DNA of 62,690 bases, filler included, from 15 parts of 15 records of this genome joined end to end with filler, not necessarily neighbours in it; one strand, 5' to 3'; positions 36,205-48,660 are shown, counted from the first letter of the whole stretch. Notes: a model not told the origin generated them from the sequence alone. Numbers and translations: made by a program.

Positions 36205-37272
36205 TCAATTAGTGGGCGCCCAGAACGCATCTTCGGCCAGGGTTCCGCACGCCTTCTGGATGAGCAGCTCGTCGCTTGAAGTCATCTTGCTCCGCCAGTG
36301 GTTATCGACTCTACTGATATCACGCGGCTGCAACTGGCCGGCATTGTTCGCATAGCCGCCCACCTGGCTGGTCTTCTCGGCCAGCAAGTACTCTCGCACT
36401 GTCCGGTTCAGCTCGGCTGGGGGCACCTCCCATTCCAGCCAATCCACGAGCCGCTTGACCGTTTGGTGTGGCTTGTGCACCAGGTCCGAGAACTTCAAGA
36501 GCCGGAAATTCCGGCTCGCGCTCTGGTTGGCCAGCCAGGCCACGTCCTCGTGCATATCGTTGCAGGTCGGCCCGAGCGTTTTGAAGTCTGGGTACATCCC
36601 GTTCACGATTCGACTGTACATCACCGCTCGAGGATCCCGAATCAGACGAATCACCTTCAGCGGTCCCCAGCCCTTCGCTGCCTCGGCTATCTTGGCCGGA
36701 CGGAACCACCCAGTGTCCACCGTCTTGAGCACCACTGTAGCGCTCGGCCAGTCTGGGACTGCGCTCAGAGCCAGCCGGGCCGGATCCGATGCAACCCCGG
36801 GCGCCCCGTAACAGCCAAAGTTGAAGAATCCCGCGTGATTTAGATTGAACCAGCGGCCGGCCCCGGCCGGGAGCCCCTGCTTGCCCGGCCCCAGGTCGAC
36901 CAGCCCTGCCAACAGGTCCCTGACCAGCTCAAAGCATCGCACCCGGGGCTCGAACAAGCCAACCCGCTGCGGGTGTCCCGCCGAGCCGGCCAGCGCGAGC
37001 AGCAGGGTCTGCACCATCGTGGAGCCGGCCCGGGCGTCCGCCACCAGCACCACCGCCCGGGCCGGCCACCGGCGGCTGGCCAGCTCGCCCCGGACTTGGG
37101 AGGCCACAGCCCCAGCCCTCCCCGGCGCGAGCTCGGCTGCCAGTTCGGCGTACAACTCGACCAGCCCAGCCGGCCGCGCCACGCTCCAGGCCGAGCGCAT
37201 GGATAGGACCAGCGTGAGCGCCGCCAGCAGCCCGAGCACAGCCGCCCCGCGCGAGCTGCGCAGGGCAGGCAT
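36205..37272 (-). CDS. Golgi-type (type II membrane) carbohydrate sulfotransferase
   Basis: TM anchor after MPALRSSRG; 5'-PSB ADARAGST; FEP; 3'-PB IRLIRDPRAVMYS; LKFSDLVHKP. Confidence 0.8.
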   Translation of the reverse strand: MPALRSSRGAAVLGLLAALTLVLSMRSAWSVARPAGLVELYAELAAELAPGRAGAVASQVRGELASRRWPARAVVLVADARAGSTMVQTLLLALAGSAGHPQRVGLFEPRVRCFELVRDLLAGLVDLGPGKQGLPAGAGRWFNLNHAGFFNFGCYGAPGVASDPARLALSAVPDWPSATVVLKTVDTGWFRPAKIAEAAKGWGPLKVIRLIRDPRAVMYSRIVNGMYPDFKTLGPTCNDMHEDVAWLANQSASRNFRLLKFSDLVHKPHQTVKRLVDWLEWEVPPAELNRTVREYLLAEKTSQVGGYANNAGQLQPRDISRVDNHWRSKMTSSDELLIQKACGTLAEDAFWAPTN

Positions 37273-37330
37273 CCGCGCCGACCGCGCTTCGGGGCCAGGC
37301 AAGAAATCCCAGCGCCGCAGCTTTTCACCA

Positions 37331-38786
37331 ATGATGAGGGGGAGACTGAGTGTGGCCGCGCTGTTCCTGCTGGCGGGGCTGAACCAGGCCCAGCCGGAGG
37401 TGTCGGCCGAGCACTTCCACCCGGGCACTTCCATCCCGGAGGATGAAGCCCCGCCGGCCGCCCTCCACACGGCGGGCAACAAGAGCCAGCCGCAGGGGCT
37501 GCCGGAGGGCTGGGAGATGGAGGAGGAGCACGGGGTATCGGCCGGCGGGAAGCGGGGCGATCTCGGGGGGCAGGAAGTGGTAATCAGATGGAACGATTCG
37601 CACCCGGAGGATCCGCGTCAGGGCAACATCACCGGGATTGACAGATGGGTCCCCCGCCGCGCCAGGCAGGGGGGCGAGTCGGGACAGGGCCGGAGGGTCC
37701 GGATCGAGAAGGCGGGCCAGACGATACCCACCGAGTACCTGCTGGCGCACGCCCGCTCCCGCTCTAAAGTCTACGCGACCCAGCCTGAGATGTGCGACGC
37801 GTGCAAGGTGCTCTTGGGGCCGGCTGCCGCTGAGATCGCCGGGCAGACCATGGTCGAGGAGGTGCATAAGCGGCTGCACAAGATCAAGCCGGAGGTACCG
37901 GACGATGGCAGCCGGCGCGGCCCGATCCATCACGAGGCGCACCCCAACGTGCGGAAAGCGGTCGACTCTTTGTGCAATAGCTCGCGATATAAGGCACCCC
38001 CGTCTGGTCTGGCCGGGGCGAGCCGGCGGGGACAGAACTTTGCGCCGCATATCCAGGAGGGCTGCCATTACATGCTGCATGGGGAGCGCAGAGCAGGCGC
38101 CTACCTGGCTGTTTGGGGCTGATCGTGTGCTGCCAGAGGTTTTAGAAGCTCTAGACCACGTCCACGCCATACACACAGAGCATGGCGAGCACATCGACGG
38201 CAACGGCTTTGTCCCCAAGCACTGCGTCTGGCGCCGGTTGCTCCCCCGTGCCCTGCCGGCCGCTGATGAGGCTTTCAGCCGTATTATCTGTGAAGATTTG
38301 TTCGGAGTGTGTCCTGAGCCGCCACCTCCGGAGTCGCTCTCGCAATGCCGGTGAGCTGACGGGCGCGGGGCTGGCCGATGAGCGCTTGCTGCAGCATATG
38401 CGCCGAGGTGTTCCGAGATTTGCATTTCGTGACCAGGCGAGATCATCCTGTGATCAACAAGACCTCGTATAGCTATCCGACCCGTGAGGCGTCCAAGCGA
38501 AAGCGACTGTACACCCAGCTGCTGGACTTATGCTCGGTGCGTTACCTCAGCGTGGGTAGGCACAACGGGCGGGCAGGACGTGCACATGCGGCATTCGTTT
38601 GGGCACGCCAACCACCTGTCGGATCGATGCCAAGCTCTTGTGGACGGGAACATAGAGGAGATCATGCGTGTGTACATGGTAAGTGCGGCAGCATGGTCGT
38701 ACTGATGCTTGTGCTACCAGCACCCGGACGGCAAGGACCCGGCTAGCACCGTGTGCGTGGACATAACGCGATCGTGCTCCTTGTAA
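37331..38786 (+). CDS. Secreted protein with two saposin-B/Canopy-like cysteine modules, multi-exon
   Basis: Signal peptide; CDACK|TMVEEV...C...C...CEDLFGVC, then CR|ICAEVFRDL...C...CQALVD...CVDITRSC. Confidence 0.6.
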
Positions 38787-39437
38787 CTGGCCAGCTGCCA
38801 TGCAGTAAGACAGGGGCAGGCGGAGCTTTCAGAGGCACGCGGAGCATTGCGAGCATGAGCACGACTTTCATCGGCGGGCTGCGCTCCACAACAGGATTGT
38901 GTCTGGCAAGGAACCCGAGGAATAGAGATGCTGTTATGATCCAAGGTGCTTAGTTTACATGGAAGTTCGTGGCTGTTGTGTGGCGCGTGGGCTCTCCTTT
39001 ATAATTTAGATGCATGCATAGAATCAAAATTGACAATGTAATCGGTTATCTAGTTTATATAGAGCCATTTGTGGGAGTGCAGTGTGAGGTTCACAATTTT
39101 GAATCACCAATGCATGCAACAATAACAACCAACGAACTCTTCCTCTTCGTCACTATCATCATCGATTCCCAACGCTTCAGCTCTTTGTCGCCTCTTTTCT
39201 GCCTTGGCATCTCTATAACTTTGCACAATAGCAAAGATAATATAGGCGACGAGCAGCCCTCCTAAAGCAATGTTCTCGTAAAGTAGGAACTTGTTGTAAA
39301 ATTCGAGATAGTCCTCGGAACAATCTTCACCTGAGTANNNNNNNNNNNNNNNNNNNNNNNNNNNNNNNNNNNNNNNNNNNNTTAATTAATTAANNNNNNN
39401 NNNNNNNNNNNNNNNNNNNNNNNNNNNNNNNNNNNNN

Positions 39438-42400
39438 CGCAGGTCCAGCCCCCTCTCCCACTCCCCCTGGTGGGACAACGGGCGGAGGCCAAGCCGGAGG
39501 CCAAACTGGTGGCCAAACCGAACCTGTGGATTGCTCTGGGGAGGGCACGGTCTGGGGACCAGGCATCGGGCCCCCTCCCGATGGATGCGGAGGTCCAGCC
39601 CCCTCTCCCACTCCCCCCGGAGGAGGAGGAGGCAGCAGCACCGGAGGAGGAGGCAGCACCGGAGGAGGAGGCAGCCCCTCCTCCAGTCCTCCAACTTGTC
39701 ACGTTGCTTCTCGTGAGTGTGTGGTCACAAAGTTGACATGGACTGGATCCAGCAACAACATGACCGGGACGCTCCCAAGCGCTCTAGCCAATCTTACTGG
39801 ATTATCTACTCTCATACTGACAAACAACACGGTTTCAGGCACCATCCCGAGCACCCTGAGCACCCTGACCAATTTGACGAAGCTGGATTTGAAAATGACC
39901 AGGGTCTCTGGCACCATCCCGAGCAGTCTAACCAACATTCCCGAGCAATTTGACCAACAGGCCTTTAGGCTGGAGCTATCCAGCACATCTCTCTCGGGCA
40001 CAATTCCAAACTCGCTGACCATTCGGATGCTGTTGTTGGACCTAAGCGACACGACTATCTCAGGGACTCTGCCAAGCACGCTTTCGAGACTCACTAGGAT
40101 GGGCTCGTTGCAACTTGGCGACCTGACCTTTGCCTCAGCCAGCAAAGCCAGTGGGGAGAGCAGGTCTAGGCTCTCCGGCACCATCCCTGATATGTCCAAC
40201 CTCACTGGTCTAAAGCTATTGAGCCTGGCCAGCACGTCGCTCACAGGCACTCTTCCAAACTGGTGGTCCAACTTGACCACTCTGGAAACGTTCGGCTTAA
40301 ATTGTCAAGAGCTCTCGGGCACCATCCCTGACGAACTGATCGGTCTTGGACTGGCAAAATTCGCTCTCACCAGTGAGTGCGCTCTGTTGTGGGCCTGGTG
40401 CTGAGCTGCGGGGTTAGGTCAAAAGCTTCGAGGTACCATTCCAGCATGCTTCCCAACCAAAGACCACGTTCCTGGGTCTTGGATTACACTCACAAACACT
40501 CAGATCTCGGGTGGGTGTAGCATTGTGGCTTGAAATTGCAATTGACTGGTATGAATGGTAGGTACGATCCCAGAAGCAATTGTTGGTCTGGAGCTCCAGG
40601 CTTTGAATCTGATGAATAATAAACTCACAGGAACGATCCCGGACGCGCTGATTAGGATCCAGCGTAGACACGACAATTTGGATTTCAGCAACAACCCTAT
40701 CTCAGGGACTCTGCCACAGACCAATCTGACATCAAAGACGCTGGTGAAACTGAATATTTCAAGCACCAAGGTCTCTGGTACTATCCCGGATGAGATGTGG
40801 AGGATGACAGAGTTGACCATCTTGGATGCGAGGAGTAGTGCAATCTCTGGGACAATTGCATCTATGACTACGGAGAGGCGTGCTCGGCCTGCAGCACTGA
40901 ATTGTTCTGGGTATGGCACGACCTGGGGACCAGACATCGGCTCCCCTCCGGTGGGATGCGAACATTTGATTTTCCTCGGTGCGTCTGACACTAATATCTC
41001 TGGAACCATCCCGCGGACGCTGATCAGCAGCAAGGTGCTGGATCTGGCAAGAACTCCTATTTCTGGAACTATCCCCCACACGCTCCTGTCAGAGGACCTG
41101 GAGGGATTGTTCCTGGCCCAAGCGCGCCTCAGCGGCAGCATCCCAAGCAACTGGGAGGCTTCAAATAAACTCAAATACCTCAGTGCCCAACAGAATGCAC
41201 TCTCAGGATATATACCCAGCACTCTGGGTACTTTGACTGTGCTCGAGGTTGTGTCATTGTTTGGCAACGAACTTTCAGGCAGCCTGCCGAGCGAGCTGGG
41301 ATCACTTACGAGTCTAAGCCTTCTGAGTCTGCAAAACAACAAGCTTACCGGGACCGGCTCGTCAGCGTTCAACAGTTGGAAAAAACTGAAGCTCCTCTCA
41401 TTGTACGGCAACCGAGAGTTGAGCTGGGACCTCTCGATTCTGGAGCATCTGACTGGCTTGGTGGCTGCTCTGCTGCAGGATTGCAACATCAAGGGCAAGA
41501 TCCCTGCCAGTTTCAGCTTCAATTCCAACTTTGAGGCCCTGATTCTCCACAACAACGCATTACTAGCTGGCACCATTCCGGAAGCCCTCGGCACTAGTCA
41601 CCCGAACCTAACCGCGCTGACCCTGTACAACAGCAAATTGAGTGGAACTCTGCCAAACTCACTCTGGCAGCTTCCGGAGCTTGAAACTCTGCTTGCACAC
41701 GGCATGCAGCTATCGGGCACACTGCCTCAGAGGAAAGCAAGCAGGCGGAAAAACGACACCTGGGCACTCAGCACACTGAGTCTGGCACGCAACTACATCA
41801 GAGGCCGAACTGATGGGCTCAATGATGCGACCGAGCTCCAAACTCTCTTGCTGTCTGGGAACTATCTCTCTGGGAATGCAGTCCAGCTCAACGAAGCAAA
41901 CGATTTGGGTAACGCTTCTATACTTTTCTTTGAGCCTTCTCAAGTTACACTGAATGATGTCGCGGCCAAAAATCCGATCGTATATTCGATCTTTGCTTCG
42001 GCCATGACCGATGCGACCAAGGCGAACGAACTGACAGATGGAGATATCGAAGGCTCCTTTCCTCCCTTTGAATATGCCGAGCCAGAGACTTTCAAAGCTA
42101 TTGCTCTGGCATTCACTGGTAATTCCCTGACGTCCTCGGGATCCAACCTGCCTTCTCGGGATCCTGGTCATCTGTGCAAGCAGGACCGGATCCGGCAGGG
42201 TTTCCACGGGTATTTTGCCGGTCACAACCTTACCCTGGAGCTGATATTCTTCATACTGCCGATTTTATTTTTGTTCTTCCTTGCGGCCTTTTTGCCGTAC
42301 CTGCTGTGGCCAAACTGTGCGGGAACACCTACTTGGTTTGGATCAAGCTGCATGAGTCGCGCATTATCATACTGTCGGCCCCCGCCACCCAAATCTCGTA

Positions 42401-44376
42401 TCTTCCACTGGCATCTGTACGCTTCTTTGCGACCATCAATGCTGCTTGCAATCCTCGGGATTGGATTGACCGCGCTCTATCTTTGGATTGGACCTTCTTT
42501 AGCCGGCGACCGAAGTGATGCAGACCCACTTATCCAGGTGACGATTGCACCGATTGATGCACGATCTGAGGAATATCAATACATTTTCGTGGTGATCGCA
42601 TTTCTGGTGAATACAGTAAGTGTTGTCCTCCTGGAGAGACTTGCTGGGCTGAGGCGCGAGGAACGGGGGCGAGCTATCACTCAGGTATTACAACATGTCT
42701 GCAAGAAGGCTTCGCCAGAGTTTAGAGTGATCAGTGACTGGAGAGACTCCGCCATTGGAGAGACTCGCGGAATCAAGTGTTGGCGCTGCTTATGCTATTA
42801 TCTGGGCTTATTGCTAACAATACTTGTCAGCACTGCCCCAACTTGCGGTTATGTGCTGCTCACAAACGTGTCCTCTACACTAGTGCCCTCTGCATTCAGT
42901 ATATTTGCAAATCCATTTGTGATAGCTGCCACACAGAAGTGCGTGCAATTTCTGCTGGTGGACCCATTGGCCTATGCTCTCGCCAGGCTCAAGCATGGTG
43001 GAAAAGTGCCTATAACTTCTCTCGAGTGTCAATCATTTTACAAGTCACAAGCGAATGTCAAGATGATGGTAGACGTCGCTGCAATTATAGTCATACCAAT
43101 GGCGGCTGTCATCGTACTGGATGAGTCTTGTCTCCGAAACTACCTTTACTTCGACTACGACTTACGATCGCTGCTCGAGACTTGGGGGCTCGGCATGACC
43201 GGATTCGAAGCCTATCGCCTGGGCTTTTGCTCTCGTCAACTGCTTGCCAAATTCATATATGCGTGGCTGCAGCTGGCTCTGTGTGATGTGATTTTCATGG
43301 CGGGAGCTTGGCTCCTATCTGCACTGCCATGTTGTATAGCGGTGTTCAGCAAGTCCCAGGCATGCTTACTTGCTTCAACCTTTGGGCAGTGCTTGAGGCT
43401 TTTTATTACGATTCTTCCCATTCCGGATCGGGTCCAGGCCTCGCTTATTTATGAGGACGACGACGACCGAGCATTCGCGGAAACAGTAAGTATCCAGAGC
43501 GAAGCGGTGGCGTTGATGAGTATGTTCCTGACTGCTGCTGTGCTCGGTCCTGCTGTCCCGCTGCTTCTGCTGCTCCTTCCACTGGCAGTGTGGATGCAGC
43601 TGTGTGCGCAATACAACTACTACCGCAACAAGTGTTCTTTCACCGACAAGCTAGCTGCCGATGTACTGGCCCACGTGCCCATACGCACGGCCCAGGTGGC
43701 GACTGTCTGTGTGGGATGCATTTGGAACGGGTATCTGGTTTGGGACCTGGAGTTTGGTCTGAGGCCGATGGCATTGTTTGGAGCCCTGTTCGTATTTGAG
43801 GTGTTCCTTATGTGGCTGCTTCGACCCAGGGCCAACGACGATTTGATGTGCTACAACATAAGCACATGCTTGCGACAGCTCGTCCTGCTTAATGTCAGCA
43901 ATGGCACTGAAGACCTTGCTAGCAGTCCAGACGTCGAGTTTGGCAGAAATCCATTGCAGGGAGAACACGTCGAGTTTGGCGGAAATCCATTGCAGGGAAA
44001 ACATGACAAACAAGACCTTGCAATTTGTAATGTGGGCATTGAAATGAAGGGGGATCCGCAGGCCTTGGAGTCTGTGCACACTGGCGGAGGAGAAGTCGAC
44101 GAAGCAGCAGATCCGGCAATCCTGGGACTAACAATACAGATGAAGGAGGACGCGGCAGACCTGGACGACGAACGGCGCTCCGTGGGTTTAGAGATGGAAC
44201 TTGCACATATCGGTCCGCCGATCATGGGCGGTGAGGAGCTCGATCTGGACAACGAGCTACATGTAGACGTTTCCACACACGATTCGAAGCTTGAGGCGGA
44301 CACGGAGATAGGGATACATGCAGCTCAGCAGAGCCCACCGACCATGGGCGGTGGGCTCGGCAACCTTGATCTCTAG
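39438..44376 (+). CDS. LRR-ectodomain, multi-pass membrane receptor-like protein without kinase, 5'-truncated, 2 introns near 40374-40561
   Basis: Many plant-type LRRs (LxLxxTxLSGTIPxxL), Gly/Pro linkers, about 8-10 hydrophobic segments and an acidic C-terminal tail. Confidence 0.88.
43931..44002 (+). repeat. 36-bp tandem duplication in the coding tail (VEFGRNPLQGEH / VEFGGNPLQGKH)
   Basis: ACGTCGAGTTTGGC(A/G)GAAATCCATTGCAGGGA(G/A)AAC x2. Confidence 0.9.
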
Positions 44377-44675
44377 GTACTCGTCGGATGTACATACAAG
44401 TACTCGACGTAGGTCTATACAGTAGTAACTGTTACATAATCATAAGCTTACATGCGAGTACATTTAATAGGTCCGAGTTAGGTCCGAGTAGACTATTTCA
44501 AGTACATTCATTTTCAATCATCATGATACAGGTAGGCCTAGGCCCGCTCCCGAGTTTGAATAAACGATATATACTNNNNNNNNNNNNNNNNNNNNNNNNN
44601 NNNNNNNNNNNNNNNNNNNTTAATTAATTAANNNNNNNNNNNNNNNNNNNNNNNNNNNNNNNNNNNNNNNNNNNN

Positions 44676-44929
44676 GCGCATGCACAGGCTGCAATTGTCA
44701 AAGACGACAATTCACCAATTACTAAGACCGTTTTGGTCTGGCAATGGAATTGGCAGAGGGGTTGGTTGTGGTTGTTCGCCATGAAAGAGTGGTAGTAGTT
44801 GCAACGCGCGATGGCCACTTTGTCGCAAAAGGCGCACTTCACGGCGCCACTTTCGATCTCTTGTGCCTCATGTGCCTCCCGCTCTTTCTTCTTCTTCAAC
44901 GCAACAGCGACAACTGCCCCGCTGGCCAT
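44676..44929 (-). CDS. Small Cys/His-rich (B-box-like) protein, 3'-truncated
   Basis: CAFCDKVAIARC...PLCQFHC; the frame runs into the linker. Confidence 0.45.
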
Positions 44930-44974
44930 GACGAGCGGACGCCCTCACAGCAACGGTAATTTCAACGCCTTCGA

Positions 44975-46994
44975 ATGGCACAGCCCAGTGCTGGTTTGAG
45001 CTTATTAGCGGCGCTGCTCGCGCTGTGCTGCCGGCCCTGTGCAGCATCTCGAGGTTTGAGATCCCCGGCTGCTGCTGTGAGCCCCCACATACTCATGGTA
45101 GTCGCCGACGACCTGGGCTATAACGACGTCGGCTGGCACATCAACAAGCCCACTCCGGCCAACCCAGCCGGCCGACCGACAAGCACCCCCCGCGCCGGGA
45201 TTATGCGAACCCCAGTGCTGGACCGGCTCGCAGCGCAAGCGGCTCGCCTGGAGAGCTACTATGTGCAGCCGCTGTGCTCGCCTACCCGGGCCGCCATCCT
45301 GACCGGCCGCTACCCCTCGCACACCGGGATCGGGCCGGACGTGATCTGTGCCTCGTGCGGTCAGCCGTACGGGCTGCCGGCGCGCGAGCGGTTGCTCCCC
45401 GAGCTGCTGGCGCGGGCGGGGTACAGCACGGCGGCGATAGGGAAGTGGCACGTTGGGGATTGCCATGAGGGGTACCTGCCGACCAGCCGGGGGTTTGATA
45501 GCTTTGTCGGGTACCTGGCCGGCGGTGAAAGCTATTGGAACCACGCAGCTGACTTCAGGAACGGGACTGCAGCTTCGGGGCTGCACTGCGCGGGTGGTGG
45601 GCTGCTGCATAACTACTCGTCGCGGCTGTATGCCCAGGAGGCTGCTCGGATTGTGAAGACGCATGTGCAGACGAAGGGCAGGGACTCGCCGTTATTCATG
45701 TATCTTTGCTTCCAGAGCGTGCATAATCCGTATGATCTGGTGAGCCGCCCCGGTCCGCGCAGGGCTGACTGCACTGTGCAGCCCCCGAGCGACATCGTCG
45801 ACATCAACCGAACTTTCCCTGAGATCGCTGTTTACGGCCGCAGAGTTTACGCAGGGATGGTAGCGGCGCTGGACATCGCGGTCGGGGAGGTGGTCGAGGC
45901 GTGGGAGGCGGCCGGGCTCTGGAAGGACACCGTGTTCGTGTTTACCTCCGATAAGTAAGCCGCGCTGCGATGTGGCGGCTGACTGGCGGTGCAGCGGTGG
46001 TATAGAATGGGGCAACAACTACCCTCTGCGCGGGCAGAAGACAATGACTTGGGAAGGCGGGATCAAGGCAGTTGGGTTTGTGCGTGGCACCACCTCGGCG
46101 CTGGCCCCTGTTGTCGCTGCGGAGCGGGTCAATTTGATGAGCGCCACCGACTGGCTCCCGACACTGGCCCGGCTGGCGAACGCAAGCCTGGACGGGACTC
46201 TGCCTCTGGACGGGGTTGATCAATGGGCTGCGCTGGCTGAGGGCGTCCAGTCGCCTCGTACAGAGATCATACACAATCTGGCTCGTGGGCGGGCTGTGAG
46301 CACGTCGACGGGCTGGAGCACTGCTTCGTGCATGGCGAACGTGGATGGACGGGCGAGTAACTGCCACCCGTTCGGGATTGTAGGCGGGGCGATTCGGCAG
46401 GGCGATTGGAAGCTCCTATGGACCGGCAGCCCGGCACCCGGGATAGAAAGTAACGTACCGGCGCGAGTGGAGCAGCGGCCTCCGCAGGGCTGGAACGGCA
46501 CTGGGTCTGACACAATTCCAGCCGCGCACTCCGGGCTGTTTTTGTTTAATATTACCGCCGATCCGACCGAGACTGATAACCTCGCAGCGGCACGACCGGA
46601 TGTGGTTTCCCAGTTGGTGCGACGGAGGGACGAGTACGCTGCAAGCTCAGACACAGTAGGCGATTTGGGCTGGCGTTGGGGATTCTCGGATAAGACTGGT
46701 CAGCCTAGTGATCAGTGTCTTGGTCCCACACGCGGGAGCGCTTTCTGTGCATACGGCCACGAGTTTGACTGCTGGGTACGAGGGTCTGTGATGGAAGCCA
46801 GTGCAGCTAGTGGTAGCAGCATGGCTGAGGTGCACGATCCGGCGAGCTGTGCGGCTGAGTGCCGAGCTGAAGCACAATGCAACTGGTGGTCCTGGGAAGA
46901 GGGCACGTGTACCTTTTTGCGCACAAAGGGCCTTGCGCGAGCCTCGGCCCACGACTGCGCCTATGGACCGAGCAGATGCCCGCATGACCTTTAG
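44975..46994 (+). CDS. Secreted arylsulfatase (ARSB-like) with a C-terminal PAN/Apple-like domain, 2 introns
   Basis: Signal peptide; VADDLGYND, CSPTRAAILTGR (formylglycine motif), IGKWH, FTSD|NGG, NYPLRGQK, WEGG, DWLPT; C-terminal CAAECRAEAQCNWWSW...C. Confidence 0.92.
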
Positions 46995-47275
46995 TTCGCC
47001 CTATAGTAAAGACTTAAGTGTACTATAGCTAGTACTCGTAGTACTCAGTACAGTCAGTAGACAAGTATGCCCTCAGTACGCCATGAGTTATCTTTGACTT
47101 ATCTTATTATAATTGTTGTTAGATAATTGCAATGTCAGTTTAGCACTTGATGCATGTGCCAAAGGGGCTGCGGAGCCATAACCCGATTGCTCCTAATATA
47201 CAACACGACGTTCGAACACGTATAGCACTTCTAGTAGAATGAATTCAGATTGTTGTTGAAAGACTATTGCTTGCA

Positions 47276-48283
47276 CTATCTGCGAGACTCAGGGATCAGA
47301 AGCTCAAATGGCACAGCAGGGAGCCCCTCCTGGTTATAGAGTGCGCATTGAGGGAATGTAGCACCCCCAGTGTAGCGCACAGCAGTAGGGGCTACTTGCA
47401 TGCTAACCTCGAAGCTCACAGCTGAACCCTTGATGCCCAGCAGCCGTGCTGAGGAGCTGTTCACCCAGGTCGCGCCATCCGAACTAGCTCCAAAGTCGAG
47501 AGTGCGTGCCCTGTGACTAGCATCGCAGCAAGTGGTGCAGTTTTTGGTGCCTCGCAAAAAGAACGGCAATGTCCCGCCGGCAAAACCCACTGTGACGTGG
47601 TAGGTAGTTGAGTTTGAGTCAAGCGATTGCAACTCAGCAGGCTTGACTGACGCAGCTGTCGGGCGAGGACCCTCCACCACTTGGTGTCCACCCACCAGCA
47701 GCTTGTGTAACATTACACCAGCCCGGTGCCCAATCACATCTTTCTGAACATTGTGTACGCTCCCAAACGGGCACCAGGGCAGCCCAGCACTGCACGACTG
47801 ATCGTAAGTTGCAACGAATGATGCATTTTTCAGGCCACGGAGCTGAGTGCCTCTCTCCTGCGCAAGCCTCATCGCAAACACATCCGGCCCAGCTACTGTG
47901 AGCCCAGGGTATACACCAGTGCCATTGTTCCAGGCTGCAGTGTACCCTGGGAGCTGGATGGCAACAAAAGGTGCACCCGGCGACTTGAATGCATCGCGCC
48001 ACGAGGTGGTCAGGAGGTGCTGCATGCAGCCATAAGCTGCTAGGCTCCCGGGGCACTTGACATCGCGTTCGGCCTGATCCCACAGGATGGCGCCGAGGGT
48101 GTATGGCACTACTTGCATGACAATGTCCGAAAAGAAGCTCCCATCGGGGAACTGAATGTCGCATTGGGTGGGAGTTGTGTCCTGCTCGCAGGCGTTGACG
48201 TTGAGCTTGCGGCCCGGGGGCAGCCAGTATTCGATTGGAGAGCCCCCGACAGCTGCTGCAATCAGCCCAACGCTAAAGTCCAA
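47276..48283 (-). CDS. Sialate O-acetylesterase (SGNH/SASA) C-terminal part; N-terminal half not found
   Basis: VGLIAAAVGGSPIEYW, GAILWDQAERD, WRDAF...PFVAIQLP, MRLAQ, GSVHNVQKDVIGHR, LYNQEGLPAVPF. Confidence 0.75.
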   Translation of the reverse strand: MDFSVGLIAAAVGGSPIEYWLPPGRKLNVNACEQDTTPTQCDIQFPDGSFFSDIVMQVVPYTLGAILWDQAERDVKCPGSLAAYGCMQHLLTTSWRDAFKSPGAPFVAIQLPGYTAAWNNGTGVYPGLTVAGPDVFAMRLAQERGTQLRGLKNASFVATYDQSCSAGLPWCPFGSVHNVQKDVIGHRAGVMLHKLLVGGHQVVEGPRPTAASVKPAELQSLDSNSTTYHVTVGFAGGTLPFFLRGTKNCTTCCDASHRARTLDFGASSDGATWVNSSSARLLGIKGSAVSFEVSMQVAPTAVRYTGGATFPQCALYNQEGLPAVPFELLIPESRR

Positions 48284-48289
48284 GCTGTT

Positions 48290-48560
48290 ATGGCAAAAGG
48301 GTATTCCCCAGTTCCCAGCGAATACGATCAGTACATGAATGCTGTTCAGGAAGATTCAGACTGTGCAGTAGTGCGCAGGTTGCTTTTATCAGAGCTGTGC
48401 CTTCAGGCCCATCTGCCTTCCATTCAGAATTTGAGCCTGATCAACAAAGACTGGCAAAGCTCAGTAACGGGTTCCTCGGCAGTACGACAGCTTCGAACAA
48501 ATGTGATCATGTCGAGGCAGTCTGCGCTCGTAGCACAGGAAGCTGCACAGTCTGCCGTTG
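48290..48560 (+). CDS. Hypothetical protein start with a possible F-box-like segment, 3'-truncated
   Basis: MAKGYSP...LLSELCLQAHLPSIQNLSLINKDWQSSV; open to the linker. Confidence 0.35.
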
Positions 48561-48660
48561 NNNNNNNNNNNNNNNNNNNNNNNNNNNNNNNNNNNNNNNN
48601 NNNNTTAATTAATTAANNNNNNNNNNNNNNNNNNNNNNNNNNNNNNNNNNNNNNNNNNNN

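Noticed and set aside
10191-48283. A glycan/sialic-acid gene cluster (glycosidase, cytidylyltransferase, sugar transporter, sulfotransferase, sulfatase, acetylesterase)
   Set aside because: The genes are on different contigs; only the sulfatase and the esterase fragment are truly adjacent.
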